Positions 39,645-50,211 of a DNA stretch of 64,000 nucleotides are shown piece by piece. This stretch comes from Candidatus Avelusimicrobium aviculae (GTDB lineage Bacteria > Elusimicrobiota > Elusimicrobia > Elusimicrobiales > Elusimicrobiaceae), in assembly GCA_944324655.1 (NCBI GenBank), contig CALUXF010000007.1, forward strand, positions 880-64,879, in the 5' to 3' direction. Position numbers and translations under genes: made by a program. Under the pieces are notes generated by a model that was not told where the DNA came from, searched no databases, and saw only the letters and a list, made by a program, of their open reading frames with translations. Position 1 is the first letter of the stretch, and the number at the start of each line of letters is the position of its first letter.

Positions 39645-40718
39645 TTATTGGGCCTTTTGTTTTAGCTGCGCCAGTCTTTGATTAATGGCTTGTTGCTGAT
39701 ATTCTTTGCTGTGGCGTTTAAGAAAATCTTGTTTCGTCGTTTCCAGTTTGTTAAGTTTCTGCCGCAGGAAATCAATTTCTTTCTGCGGAAAGCCTTGTTT
39801 TTGCGCTTCTTCTATGTTAGCTTTTGTAAAATTGATGTGTTTTTGTATGAGGACCTTTATCAAAGGATAGCGCGAAAAAGGAATCATTTTATTAACAGAA
39901 GCCATTTCCTGTTGGGAGAATATGCTTTGTATGGCCTTTGCATCTTGTTTGATAATTTCGGCTTGTACTTCAGTGGCGGCTTGACGGTAAGCTGGGTCTT
40001 GCATTTTAGGATTTTGCTCCTCGCCGTAGGTCTGCGCGGCAGGAGCGGGCGGCATTTGTTCTGCCGTGTTGTTTGCGGGAATGGGGGATATTGCTTTGTA
40101 TTCGGTCGCGTTAGAAGCGGAAGCTTTTTCTCTTTGTTTTTTTAATTCTTCTAGTAAACTTGTTTCCCTCTCGGTGCCCAGGGGCACGTATAATTGGGCG
40201 GAGGGGGGCATAAAATCCGGCGGCAAGCCATCGTCGGCAGAGATGTTTGCCGGGGAAGTCGTATCCTGAGGAAATAAGACTTTCTTCTCCCGCAAAGGCG
40301 TTTCAGACTCCTCTGTTGTAGCGGCGGAAGGAGCCAGCGTTGTTGTTTGGCTTGTGTTGGATAACACATCTTCTTCTTGTAAAGGATTTACGGGAGCCGT
40401 TTGGGTTGCCGGGGCCGAAGCGTACGGTACGGACTGCGTTTTTTTAACAAACAGTTGGGGCAGGTTAAAAACTTGCCATGCTGCTCCGGTAAAAATAAAG
40501 ACCAATAGGGCTTGAATAGCGGCAAATATTAACTTAAAAGAAAAACTTGTTTGATAGCTTTTGGCATTAAATGGAAGCCAAGAACATACCAAAAACCAAG
40601 CCGCCAGCAAGGCGACGTAGAGCGTCCACAGATTCCATGGGATTTTCCCGCTTATCATCAAGTAAACATAAAAGAGATAAACAATGCTTAAAAAAATTTT
40701 AAGGGCTTTATTTTTCAT
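39645..40718 (-). CDS. Hypothetical membrane protein (three N-terminal TM helices, P/A/T-rich linker, helical C-domain)
   Basis: Hydrophobic N-terminus, low-complexity middle; no family recognised. Confidence 0.7.
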   Translation of the reverse strand: MKNKALKIFLSIVYLFYVYLMISGKIPWNLWTLYVALLAAWFLVCSWLPFNAKSYQTSFSFKLIFAAIQALLVFIFTGAAWQVFNLPQLFVKKTQSVPYASAPATQTAPVNPLQEEDVLSNTSQTTTLAPSAATTEESETPLREKKVLFPQDTTSPANISADDGLPPDFMPPSAQLYVPLGTERETSLLEELKKQREKASASNATEYKAISPIPANNTAEQMPPAPAAQTYGEEQNPKMQDPAYRQAATEVQAEIIKQDAKAIQSIFSQQEMASVNKMIPFSRYPLIKVLIQKHINFTKANIEEAQKQGFPQKEIDFLRQKLNKLETTKQDFLKRHSKEYQQQAINQRLAQLKQKAQ

Positions 40719-40753
40719 GCAAGTATAGAGAATAATTTGATAAATGTTCCCAT

Positions 40754-41482
40754 TTAGTAAATGAGCGTGCCTATCTCTTCCCCGGCCAGGGCGCGTTTAA
40801 TATTGCCTTTTTGATGGAGATTAAATACTTGGATAGGCAATTTATTTTCCAAGCATAAAGCCAAAGCGGCCGTATCCATAAATTGTAGTTGTTTGGCAAT
40901 GGCTTCCGCATAAGTGATTTTATGGATTAGCTTGGCGTTGGGGTTCTTTTTGGGGTCGCTGTCGTATACGCCGTCTACCTGGGTGGCTTTTAACAGCACA
41001 TCGGCATTAATTTCCGAAGCGCGCAGCGCGGCGGCGCTGTCCGTAGTAAAAAACGGGTTTCCCGTGCCACCCGCAAAAATAACAATGCGGCCTTTTTCCA
41101 AATGGCGCAAGGCTTTGCGGCGCACGAAAGGTTCCGCCAGTTGATAAATGTTAATAGAGGTTAATACCCGGGTGGGGGCACCGGCCTCTTCCAGGGCGGA
41201 CTGCAGGGCCAAAGCGTTGATTACCGTAGCCAGCATGCCCATATTGTCTGAATTGACGCGGTCAATTACTCCGCCTCCGTCGCGCAGGCCGCGCCAAATG
41301 TTTCCGCCACCCAGCACAATGGTCAGCTCACAATTTCCGCAGCGGTACGCGTCCGCAATTTCCACGGCAATTTCTTTTAGTGCTTGGGGGTTAATCCCCC
41401 GGTGTCCTTCATTAATTAAAGCTTCCCCGGAAAGTTTCAGAAGTACTCTTTTTTTATTGTGCGGATCGGCGGCATTTGTCAT
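40754..41482 (-). CDS. pyrH: Uridylate kinase
   Basis: LLKLSGEAL, GGGNIWRG, GTGNPFFTTDSAAALRA, VDGVYDSDP. Confidence 0.97.
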   Translation of the reverse strand: MTNAADPHNKKRVLLKLSGEALINEGHRGINPQALKEIAVEIADAYRCGNCELTIVLGGGNIWRGLRDGGGVIDRVNSDNMGMLATVINALALQSALEEAGAPTRVLTSINIYQLAEPFVRRKALRHLEKGRIVIFAGGTGNPFFTTDSAAALRASEINADVLLKATQVDGVYDSDPKKNPNAKLIHKITYAEAIAKQLQFMDTAALALCLENKLPIQVFNLHQKGNIKRALAGEEIGTLIY

Positions 41483-41625
41483 ACAGGTAACCTCTCTTAA
41501 AATCTTTTATCTATTCTATCACAAAAACAGTAAAAAGTGCGTACTTTAAGGTTTACGCTTTTTTCTCTCCGCCCGCCGATATGGCAGACGGACAGAAAAA
41601 AGCCCCTCCGAAGAGGGGCTTTCAA

Positions 41626-42453
41626 TTAGAAACGAACGAAACGCACAACCTTTAATTCACAACCCAAGTCGTTGGATTCTTCTTTTAAATAATCCAGTAC
41701 GCTTTTTTTGTTGTCTTTAATGGTCATTTGTTCCAACAGGCAGTTTTCTTTGGCGAATTTTTTTACTTTGCCGGGCAGCATTTTTTCAATGGCGGCTTCC
41801 GGTTTGCCTTCGTTTAAAGCCTGCGTTCTGTAAATTTCCAATTCTTTATCAATGACGGACTGCGGAATGTCTTTCGCGTCCACCCAGCAGCTTTGCATAC
41901 CCACCGTGTGCATGGCCAGGCTGCGGGCGATGTCTTTCACTTTGGCGGCGTCTTTGGCGGTGCCGGTTACGGCAAGCTCCAAGAGGGAAGCTTTTTTATT
42001 GTCGGCGTGAATGTAATATTCAATTACCGCGTCTTTGGCCGGGGTCCAGTTATAAGCGCCTTTTAAAGTGGTGTTTTCACCAAATTTGGGGGCTTTTTCC
42101 GCAATCATGGATTTGATGTGTTCGTCGTTGGCGTAGTCGGTAATTTCGGGGTGGGCCAACACATATTCGGCCAATTCGTCGGCCAGTTTAATGAAATCTT
42201 CGGTTTTGGCTACAAAGTCCGTTTCACAGCCTAAGTATACCATGGCGTAGTTTTTGCCGTTGGTTTTAACGGAAACGCGGCCTTCTTTGGTTTCACGGTC
42301 GGAGCGTTTGGCCATATCCGCCAAGCCTTTTTTGCGCAGGAAAACGATGGCTTGTTCCATATCGTTTTTGGTTTCCAGCAAGGCTTTTTTGCAGTCCATA
42401 AGGCCCGCGCCGGTTTTTTCTCTTAATACTTTAATATCTTCTGCTAAAGACAT
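41626..42453 (-). CDS. tsf: Elongation factor Ts
   Basis: LREKTGAGLMDCKKAL, CETDFVA, VVRFVRF. Confidence 0.97.
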   Translation of the reverse strand: MSLAEDIKVLREKTGAGLMDCKKALLETKNDMEQAIVFLRKKGLADMAKRSDRETKEGRVSVKTNGKNYAMVYLGCETDFVAKTEDFIKLADELAEYVLAHPEITDYANDEHIKSMIAEKAPKFGENTTLKGAYNWTPAKDAVIEYYIHADNKKASLLELAVTGTAKDAAKVKDIARSLAMHTVGMQSCWVDAKDIPQSVIDKELEIYRTQALNEGKPEAAIEKMLPGKVKKFAKENCLLEQMTIKDNKKSVLDYLKEESNDLGCELKVVRFVRF

Positions 42454-42492
42454 GTTCTCTCCTGTACGACTAATAGGGTAAATCTGTTTAAA

Positions 42493-42526
42493 GTCCGTTT
42501 CCGCCTGCGTGCAAGCGGAAACGGAC
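42493..42526 (-). terminator. 12-bp hairpin between rpsB and tsf (attenuator or processing site)
   Basis: GTCCGTTTCCGC-N10-GCGGAAACGGAC with flanking A/T runs. Confidence 0.7.
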
Positions 42527-42538
42527 GTTTATAAACTA

Positions 42539-43600
42539 TTATTTGGCTGCTTCCGCTTCTTTGGAGGCTTCTTCGGCTTTTACTTCTTGCGCTTTAGGAG
42601 CTTCTTCCTTGGCGGCTTTTTTGGTTCTGGTCGTTTTTTTGGCGGCCGGTTTTTTAGCGGCGGTTTTCTTTACTTTCTTTTCCGCGGCTTCTTCGGCGGC
42701 CGGTTCTTCGGCCTTGGCTTCTTCTGCTTTGGGGGCTTCTTCGGCTTTTACTTCTTGCGCTTTAGGAGCTTCCTGTTTGGCAGCTTCGGCTTTGGCTTCT
42801 TCTTCCAGGGCGGCTTTTTCGCCGGCCAGCATAGCGCTTTCAAAGGCCTGAGCCATTACCGGGTTTTCAGCCGGTTTGCCTTCTTCGGCGGCTTCGGCGG
42901 GTTTATTGACGGCTTCCATTTCAGCTCTGGCTTCTAGGATAGAGTCGGCAATAGCGCCGCAGAATAATTTGATGGAGCGGGCCGCATCGTCGTTACCGGG
43001 TATCGGTACGTCAATCAAGTCCGGGTCGGCGTTGGTATCGCACACGGCTACCACGGGAATGCCCAATACGCGGGATTCGCGCACGGCGCCGGCGGTGTCC
43101 ACAGGGTCAATTACAAAAACGACGTCCGGCAATACTTTCATATCGCGGATGCCGCCCAGCAATTTTTGCAAGCGGAGCATTTCTTTGGTCAGTCTGCTGG
43201 CTTCCTTTTTGGAAATGGCCTTGAAGACGCCCGAAGCTTCCCATTTTTCCAGTTCGTTAAGTCTTTCTACGGATTTCTTAACGGTTTGGAAGTTGGTTAA
43301 CGTGCCGCCCAGCCATTTTTCGTGAATGCAGTAAGCGCCGCAGCGGGCAGCTTCGGCCTGAATGGCTTCCTGGGCTTGTTTTTTGGTGCCAACGAACAAG
43401 AATTTAGAACCTTTTTTGGTTTCTTCTTTGATAAAAGCGCAGGCTTTTTTCAGTTCTTTGGCGGTTTTTTGAAGGTCCAAAATGTGTACGCCGTTTCTTT
43501 CTCCAAAGATAAAGCGGCCCATTTTGGGGTTCCAGCGGGAAGTTTGGTGCCCAAAGTGCACGCCGGCTTCCAGCATGGCTTTCATAGATACGTTGCTCAT
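42539..43600 (-). CDS. rpsB: 30S ribosomal protein S2 with a long Ala/Glu/Lys-rich C-terminal tail
   Basis: [36 protein letters not shown]. Confidence 0.98.
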   Translation of the reverse strand: MSNVSMKAMLEAGVHFGHQTSRWNPKMGRFIFGERNGVHILDLQKTAKELKKACAFIKEETKKGSKFLFVGTKKQAQEAIQAEAARCGAYCIHEKWLGGTLTNFQTVKKSVERLNELEKWEASGVFKAISKKEASRLTKEMLRLQKLLGGIRDMKVLPDVVFVIDPVDTAGAVRESRVLGIPVVAVCDTNADPDLIDVPIPGNDDAARSIKLFCGAIADSILEARAEMEAVNKPAEAAEEGKPAENPVMAQAFESAMLAGEKAALEEEAKAEAAKQEAPKAQEVKAEEAPKAEEAKAEEPAAEEAAEKKVKKTAAKKPAAKKTTRTKKAAKEEAPKAQEVKAEEASKEAEAAK

Positions 43601-43740
43601 GTTTTCTCCTGTAAGCGTCCGCCCAAATTAGGGAAGGGGTTTCCCCGGCGGCGGCTCGCTTTGGGTGTCGTCGGGACAGGCTTTGATTTACTAACTTTTT
43701 CGCTCTCCCGCTCAAAATACACCCTATGCTCATTATAGCA
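43601..43740 (-). promoter_or_regulatory. Extended -10 promoter and structured rpsB leader
   Basis: Minus strand TGCTATAAT, then GGGTGT...ACACCC and CCGCC...GGGG-AAA-CCCC...GGCGG stems before the AGGAGA RBS. Confidence 0.55.
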
Positions 43741-43804
43741 TAAATAAACAAAAGCCGCATTCCTATTATATAAGGAACGCGGCTTTTGAGGTTTGTGTTT
43801 ATGT

Positions 43805-44326
43805 TTAGAAGCGTCCGTTCACCAACACCATGGCGGGGAACCAGCCGTTTTCGGCAATGTTTAAAATACCGATTTGCAAACCGTAAATTTGTTTGGCATA
43901 GTTTACAAAACCAAACTGCAAGCCGTTCATGTCTTCAGCTTGGTTAAAGAAGCCCAGCTGGGCGCCGCTTACGTGGCGGCCGGACAAGTTCACCAACCCT
44001 AATTGGGCCCCGGTTAAATGGGTGTTTTTGGTAAAAGCGGCCCATTGGGCGCCGGTTACGTCTTCGGCCAAGCTGATAAGCCACGCCGCGCTTACGCCGC
44101 GCAGTTCATAGCGGGTTTGGGCCATTACCAAATCCAGCTGGACACCATAAACTTCATTGGTGTGGGAGCCGATACCAAAATCAATCCCGTGAATGGTTTG
44201 GGTATTGGCCGGTGCGGCGATAGCCAAATTGTTCCACAACGAAAGTTTAAAAACCCCCGCGTTGCTGGCGGCAAAAGAGGCGCCGGCGGACATTAAGCAT
44301 AAGACCAACAGTACAACTTTTTTCAT
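43805..44326 (-). CDS. Secreted GxQxGxxN repeat protein (LA_2272-like surface repeat)
   Basis: Signal peptide; GAQLGLVN, GAQLGFFN, GLQFGFVN, GLQIGILN; C-terminal Phe. Confidence 0.8.
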   Translation of the reverse strand: MKKVVLLVLCLMSAGASFAASNAGVFKLSLWNNLAIAAPANTQTIHGIDFGIGSHTNEVYGVQLDLVMAQTRYELRGVSAAWLISLAEDVTGAQWAAFTKNTHLTGAQLGLVNLSGRHVSGAQLGFFNQAEDMNGLQFGFVNYAKQIYGLQIGILNIAENGWFPAMVLVNGRF

Positions 44327-44437
44327 GAACCCTCCTTAACTTAATTTACAGATATTTTATTTTATCACTTTTTAGCGTTAAGAAAGGCAAAAAAGTGTAT
44401 AAATTGCTAAAATATATAATAATATTGAGGTATGGTT

Positions 44438-45937
44438 ATGAAAATAAAATTGGCGTCTTTTAACCCTTTAACCGCAGACATACGCGGAAATAAAGAACAT
44501 ATCATCGCTTTGCTTAAGGCCCCCGCCCCCGCGGCGGATTTGCTGGTTCTGCCGGAAGCGGCCTTGTGCGGCTGCCCCATGTTGGATTTGTTTGAAGATG
44601 AACGCCTGCTGAAAGAAACCCTTTCTTCTTTAAAAGAAATCGCCAAAGAAACCAAAAACACGGCCTGCGTGCTTGGCTTTCAGGATAAGCTGGGCAAGGA
44701 TTTTGTGTCCGCGGCGGCTTTTATTTATAAGGGTAAAATTACCAAAATTTATGACAGTGAAGTCGTTTCTCTGGCCGGGAAAGATTTGCAAATTATATTG
44801 GGTGACTTGCAAGACGCGCCCGCCCAAGACGCCGATATCATTATCCACCTTTCCGCCCGCCCGTATGAAAAAGGCAACGTGCCTGAACGTTTGGACGCGC
44901 TTAAAAAGTTTGCCAAAAAGCGCGGGGTGCCGGTGCTGGAGTGCAACTTGTTAGGAGGGGGGGACGGTTTAATTTTTGACGGCCTTTGCGCCTGCGCCAA
45001 CAAAAAAGGGGAGCTTACCTTGCTGGGGGAACTCTTCCGCGAACGGGTAAGCCTGTGGGACAGTGAGGAAAAATCCCAGCCTCTTACCTATAAAGCGGAC
45101 CCGCGCGGGGAAGTGTTGGACGCGCTTTCCTTTGGGTTGGGCGATTTTGTGCAAAAAGCCGGTTACAGCAAAGTAATTTTTGGTTTAAGCGGCGGGTTGG
45201 ATTCCGCCGTAACGGCTGTACTGGCCGCCAGCGCATTAGGGGGGGAAAGCGTGTATGCCGTTTCTCTTCCGTCTTATTGCACCAGTGATTTAAGCAAATC
45301 CTTAGCCGGCCAGCTGGCCCGCAATTTGGGCATTAATTTAGAGGAAGTAGCCGTTAAACCGGTGCTGGAGGGTATGAAAAATGCCGTGGGGCACATCGTT
45401 TCCCACTTAAAAGACGTAACGGAACAGAAACTCCACTCCCGCCTGCGCGCCAATATTTTGTTTACACTGGGCGGAGAATACGGCGCCATGCCTATTTCTA
45501 CCGATGATTTAAGCGAACTTTCCGTAGGCAGCTGCGTGCTGTACGGTGATACGGCCGGGCGTTTGCTGCCTATTGGGGACGTGTTTAAAACGGAATTGTA
45601 CGATTTGGCCGCTTACATTAACAAGAACCGGGAAATTATCCCCCAAGGGATTATAGACCGCGCGCCCACTTCGGAACTTCGCCCCAACCAAAAGGACGAG
45701 GACACCCTGCCCGCCTATCCGCTGCTGGATAAAATTATCCCGCTGTACGTGGCCCAGGGTCTGACCCCGCAGGAAATTGCCCGCAAGTGCAAAGCCCCGC
45801 TGGAAACGGTGACGGACGTGTGCCGCCGCATAGACGCGGCTGATTATAAACGCGCCCAAACCGCGCCTATTTTAAAAGTAACCCGCCGTCTGTTTACGGA
45901 TTTACAGCGTCCCGTTACCAAAAAAATAAATCTTTAA
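44438..45937 (+). CDS. nadE: NAD+ synthetase with a degenerate N-terminal nitrilase domain
   Basis: GLSGGLDS, LYGD, IGDVFKTELY, PTSELRPNQKDED. Confidence 0.9.
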   Translation: MKIKLASFNPLTADIRGNKEHIIALLKAPAPAADLLVLPEAALCGCPMLDLFEDERLLKETLSSLKEIAKETKNTACVLGFQDKLGKDFVSAAAFIYKGKITKIYDSEVVSLAGKDLQIILGDLQDAPAQDADIIIHLSARPYEKGNVPERLDALKKFAKKRGVPVLECNLLGGGDGLIFDGLCACANKKGELTLLGELFRERVSLWDSEEKSQPLTYKADPRGEVLDALSFGLGDFVQKAGYSKVIFGLSGGLDSAVTAVLAASALGGESVYAVSLPSYCTSDLSKSLAGQLARNLGINLEEVAVKPVLEGMKNAVGHIVSHLKDVTEQKLHSRLRANILFTLGGEYGAMPISTDDLSELSVGSCVLYGDTAGRLLPIGDVFKTELYDLAAYINKNREIIPQGIIDRAPTSELRPNQKDEDTLPAYPLLDKIIPLYVAQGLTPQEIARKCKAPLETVTDVCRRIDAADYKRAQTAPILKVTRRLFTDLQRPVTKKINL

Positions 45938-46004
45938 TTTGAAACGCCGCAAACCGGGTAAGATGCCGCATTCTGCCCGGTTTTTTTGCGCGCCTGCGTA
46001 TAGT

Positions 46005-47363
46005 ATGAAGAAATGGTTAAAAAATAAACCGCTGCGCCGCCAGCTTTTTAGTCTTACCAGCCCTATTTTTGTGGAAACGCTGCTTATTATGCTTTTAGGG
46101 ACTACGGACGTGGTGATGCTCAGCCGGTATTCCGATGATACCGTCGCCGCCGTGGGGGTGGTGAACCAGCTGCTTAATTTGGTGTTTATTTTATACGGTA
46201 TTACCACGCTGGGCACGTCCGTCTTGTGCGCGCAGTATTTGGGCGCCCGTCAAAAAAACAATGTGATGCAAACCATCGGCGTTTCCATTACGGTAAACCT
46301 GGTGGTGGGGCTGGCGGTCAGCGCGGGGCTTTATTTGCTGGCGCCGCAGTTGCTGGGGCTGATGGGCCTGTCGGACGAATTAATCGGGCGCGGGAAAACG
46401 TATATGCAAATTGTGGCCGGGTTTTCTTTTATACAGGCGGTGGCTATGACGATGTCCTCCGTCTTAAGAAGCCACAATAAAGCCTATTACCCCATGTATG
46501 TTACGCTGCTAATGAATATTTTAAACATAGCCGGCAATTACCTGCTTATTTTTGGCAAGTGGGGGTTCCCGGCTTTAGGCGCGCTGGGGGCGGCCGTGTC
46601 CACATCCGTGTGCCGGTTTATTGCGCTGCTGCTTTTGGGATGTATTCTGTTTAAAAAAGTGGTGCCTCAGTTCACCCTCTCTTGCTTAAGGCCGTTCCCG
46701 TGGGATAAGGTAAAAAATCTGATGATTATCGGCCTTCCGGCGGCGGGGGAACAGGTGTCTTACAATTTGTCCCAGGTGGTGATTACCTATTTTTCCGTTC
46801 TGATTGGCACGGCGGCTTTAACCGCCCGCACTTACGCCATGAATATTGTGATGTTTTCTTACGTGTTTTCCATCGCGCTGGGGCAGGGGGCGGCCATATC
46901 CATTGGGCATTTGGTGGGGGCGGATAGGGACAACGCGGCCTTTTCGGTTGAGAAATATTCCATTCATTTGTCTGTTCTTATCAGCGTGCTTATTTCTATT
47001 TTAACCGCTTTGGTGGGTACGAATATTTTTAAAATGCTGTCTGCTAATCCGGACGTTATTAAAATCGGCGCGGTGGTATTATATATTGACATTGTGCTGG
47101 AAATAGGCCGGGCGGTGAATATCACTTCCGTCAATTCCCTCAATGCGGCGGGGGACGTGTTTTACCCGTTTATTACCGGCATTATTGTTATGTGGGGCGT
47201 TGCCACGCTGTGCGCGTACATACTGGGCGTGTGGTGGGGCTGGGGGCTGGCCGGCATATGGCTGGCGATGGCCCTTGATGAAAACATCCGCGCCGTGATT
47301 TTTGAGCGCCGCTGGAAAAGCCGCAAATGGCAAAGCAAAGCCTTTGCACGGCGCAAGGCCTAA
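46005..47363 (+). CDS. MATE family efflux transporter
   Basis: About 12 TM helices, VAAVGV, GLPAAGEQ; start moved to ATG 46005. Confidence 0.92.
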   Translation: MKKWLKNKPLRRQLFSLTSPIFVETLLIMLLGTTDVVMLSRYSDDTVAAVGVVNQLLNLVFILYGITTLGTSVLCAQYLGARQKNNVMQTIGVSITVNLVVGLAVSAGLYLLAPQLLGLMGLSDELIGRGKTYMQIVAGFSFIQAVAMTMSSVLRSHNKAYYPMYVTLLMNILNIAGNYLLIFGKWGFPALGALGAAVSTSVCRFIALLLLGCILFKKVVPQFTLSCLRPFPWDKVKNLMIIGLPAAGEQVSYNLSQVVITYFSVLIGTAALTARTYAMNIVMFSYVFSIALGQGAAISIGHLVGADRDNAAFSVEKYSIHLSVLISVLISILTALVGTNIFKMLSANPDVIKIGAVVLYIDIVLEIGRAVNITSVNSLNAAGDVFYPFITGIIVMWGVATLCAYILGVWWGWGLAGIWLAMALDENIRAVIFERRWKSRKWQSKAFARRKA

Positions 47364-47383
47364 AATTTGCTAAAATATAGCCT

Positions 47384-47872
47384 ATGAACGACTTTTACCG
47401 TGATTACGACGTACCGCAGGATTTAAAATTTAAAACCGCCGATATTTTGCGCATGGGCGGGTTGGAGTGCTCCGCCCAATTAAGCCCCAAATATTTTGAA
47501 CGGGTGTTTACCGCCCCCAATAAAATAACGGCCGTTACGGTGGAGATTTCTTTTTCCGTGGCGGATAAAAATATATTGGTGCGCGGGCGCGTTTGGGGCA
47601 AGAGAGACGTTCAATGCGCACGCTGTTTAAAAATGGCCGCGCAGAATTTTGAAGAAGAATTTGTAGAAACATATAGCACGAAATCAGAAATAATTGATAT
47701 AATGTTACTTGTGGAACAAACGCTGGCTTTGACCGAAGAAATACGCTTTCTTTGCAAGCCGGACTGCAAGGGGCTGTGCCCCGTATGCGGCCAAGACTTA
47801 AACGCCGCCCAGTGCGGATGCAAGCCGGAGTGTTTGTCGCCTTTTGCCGAATTAAAAGGTAAATTCAAGTAA
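47384..47872 (+). CDS. yceD: YceD/DUF177 protein
   Basis: CARCL, LCKPDCKGLCPVCGQDLN, PFAEL; upstream of rpmF. Confidence 0.88.
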   Translation: MNDFYRDYDVPQDLKFKTADILRMGGLECSAQLSPKYFERVFTAPNKITAVTVEISFSVADKNILVRGRVWGKRDVQCARCLKMAAQNFEEEFVETYSTKSEIIDIMLLVEQTLALTEEIRFLCKPDCKGLCPVCGQDLNAAQCGCKPECLSPFAELKGKFK

Positions 47873-47914
47873 GAATTAATTGATTTTTACTGATGTATAC
47901 AGGAGTAATAAACA

Positions 47915-48127
47915 ATGCCGAATCCGAAGAAAAAACACACTCGTTCCCGCCGGGATTTGAGAAGATCGCACAATTCTGTGATTGAAGTGGCCCAGTTGGT
48001 GGAATGCCCTAACTGCAAATCCGCCCGCTTGCCGCACAATGTTTGCCCGAAATGCGGTTTTTATAAAGACCGGGTGGTTGTGGCTCCCAAAGCGGCCAAA
48101 ACCGAAGAAAACACTGAAGCTAAATAA
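47915..48127 (+). CDS. rpmF: 50S ribosomal protein L32 (Zn-binding type)
   Basis: MPNPKKKHTRSRR, CPNC...HNVCPKCGFY. Confidence 0.96.
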   Translation: MPNPKKKHTRSRRDLRRSHNSVIEVAQLVECPNCKSARLPHNVCPKCGFYKDRVVVAPKAAKTEENTEAK

Positions 48128-48136
48128 ATCTTTCTT

Positions 48137-49183
48137 ATGAAAATAGCCCTGGACGCCTTAGGCGGAGATTACGGCGCTAAACCCAATGTATTGGGCGCGT
48201 TGAAAGCGGCAAAAACCCTGGGTATTGAAGTAATACTGGTGGGAGATGAAACCGTTATTAAGCGCGAGCTTAAAGAGCTGGGATATGATACTTCCCTGCC
48301 CGCCGGGATTTCTGTTGTACATGCTCCGGATACCATTGACATGGGTGCGGAACCCGCTAAAGAGTGCCGCAATAAAAAAGGAGCCAGCATTATTGTCTGC
48401 GCTGATTTGGTGCATAAAGGCGAGGCCGATGCGTTTGTTTCCGCCGGCCACTCCGGGGCGGCTATGGTCGCTTCCCTTTTCCGCATGGGACGCATTAAAG
48501 GGGTGGTTCGCCCCGCTATTGCAACCCCCATGCCCACCTATAAAGGCGTAAGCCTTCTTTTAGATGGCGGCGCCAATGCGGACTGCAAACCCATTCATTT
48601 ATTGCAGTTTGCGGTAATGGGTTCGGCCTATATGGAAAAGGTGTTTGATTTAAAATCCCCTTCCGTACGTATTCTTTCTATTGGTGAAGAAGAAACGAAG
48701 GGGAATTTTTTAGTTAAACACACCATACCCCACATGCGTGAAATTGGGGTAAATTTCCTGGGCACCATGGAAGGGCGCGATGTAAACACCGGCGAAACGG
48801 ACGTGATTGTTTGCGACGGTTTTGTGGGAAACATTGTGCTTAAAATGGCAGAAGGCTTAGCCAAAACCATGATTCATATGATTAAGCGGGAAATTAAAAA
48901 ACGTCCGCTTGCCATACTGGGGGCTTTGCTTGCGCGCGGCGCGTTCAAAGCGGTGAAAGACCACACTAACCCCGATTGTTACGGCGGCGCTCCTTTAGTG
49001 GGGGTAAACGGCGTGGCTATTATTTCCCACGGCAAATCCAACGAAACGGCCATTTTTCACGCGCTTAAAACGGCCAAGCGGTTGGTGGAAAAGAACTTTG
49101 TGGGGGATATTGCTTCCCGCATCGCTTCGTTAAAAGACACTTTCTCCGCCATAGAAGCAGAAATGCAGGAGGAAGACAAATAA
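48137..49183 (+). CDS. plsX: Phosphate acyltransferase PlsX
   Basis: IALDALGGD, SAGHSGA, DGGANAD, VCDGFVGN, SHGKS. Confidence 0.96.
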   Translation: MKIALDALGGDYGAKPNVLGALKAAKTLGIEVILVGDETVIKRELKELGYDTSLPAGISVVHAPDTIDMGAEPAKECRNKKGASIIVCADLVHKGEADAFVSAGHSGAAMVASLFRMGRIKGVVRPAIATPMPTYKGVSLLLDGGANADCKPIHLLQFAVMGSAYMEKVFDLKSPSVRILSIGEEETKGNFLVKHTIPHMREIGVNFLGTMEGRDVNTGETDVIVCDGFVGNIVLKMAEGLAKTMIHMIKREIKKRPLAILGALLARGAFKAVKDHTNPDCYGGAPLVGVNGVAIISHGKSNETAIFHALKTAKRLVEKNFVGDIASRIASLKDTFSAIEAEMQEEDK

Positions 49184-49923
49184 TGGATTTTAAAGGAAAA
49201 AATATTATTGTTACCGGCGCCACCCGCGGCATTGGTTTAACCATTGCCGAGGCGTTTGCCAAGCAAGGGGCCAATGTGGCCATTTGCGGCACGCGTGAAG
49301 ACGCCGTAAACAAAGCGGCGGAAAATTTAGCCGCTTTTGGGGGTAAAGTACTGGGCCGCGCGGTAAATATTTCCCGCGCCCAAGAGTGTGACGCCTTTGT
49401 GGCGGACGTAGTAAAAGAATTTGGGTCCTTGGACGTGCTGGTAAACAACGCCGGCATTACCAAGGATAACTTGGCCGTGCGTATGACGGAAGAAGACTGG
49501 CGCGCCGTGATTGACGTAAATTTAACGGGAACGTTTTTTATGTCTAAGGCGGCGCTAAAGGTAATGTTTAAAAAACGCGCGGGCAATGTAGTAAACATTT
49601 CCTCCGTGGTGGGGGAAATGGGCAATGCGGGCCAAGCCAATTACGTGGCCAGCAAAGCGGGTATTATCGGTCTTACCAAAACCTTAGCCAAAGAGTTTGG
49701 TTCCCGCAATATCCGCGTGAACGCGGTGGCGCCGGGCTTTGTGCGTACGGCTATGACGGACGCACTGCCGCAGGACGTGAAAGAAAAAGCCTTGGAAAAC
49801 GTGCCGCTTAAAAGATTTGCAGAAACGCAAGACATTGCCAAGGCAGTGTTGTTCTTGGCAAGCGAAGATGCCTCTTATATAACGGGGCATATTCTGTCCG
49901 TCAACGGCGGACTTTATATTTAG
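49183..49923 (+). CDS. fabG: 3-oxoacyl-ACP reductase
   Basis: [30 protein letters not shown]. Confidence 0.95.
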   Translation: MDFKGKNIIVTGATRGIGLTIAEAFAKQGANVAICGTREDAVNKAAENLAAFGGKVLGRAVNISRAQECDAFVADVVKEFGSLDVLVNNAGITKDNLAVRMTEEDWRAVIDVNLTGTFFMSKAALKVMFKKRAGNVVNISSVVGEMGNAGQANYVASKAGIIGLTKTLAKEFGSRNIRVNAVAPGFVRTAMTDALPQDVKEKALENVPLKRFAETQDIAKAVLFLASEDASYITGHILSVNGGLYI

Positions 49924-49966
49924 TTGGGATAAGGGGATACCCTTTTTAAAAACATCGGAGGACAAA

Positions 49967-50209
49967 ATGTCTGAAAATATACAAGAAAGAGTCAAAAATA
50001 TCATTGTTGAACAGTTGGGCGTAGAAGCCGACCAAGTAAAACCGGAAGCCCAGTTCGTCAACGACTTAGGCGCCGATTCTTTGGACACGGTGGAACTCAT
50101 CATGGCCTTGGAAGAGGAATTTGACATCGAAATCCCTGACGAAAAAGCCGAAAAGATTAAAACCGTGGGCGAAGCCATTGAATACATTGAAGCCAACGCC
50201 AAAAAATAA
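49967..50209 (+). CDS. acpP: Acyl carrier protein
   Basis: [20 protein letters not shown]. Confidence 0.97.
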   Translation: MSENIQERVKNIIVEQLGVEADQVKPEAQFVNDLGADSLDTVELIMALEEEFDIEIPDEKAEKIKTVGEAIEYIEANAKK

Positions 50210-50211
50210 TC

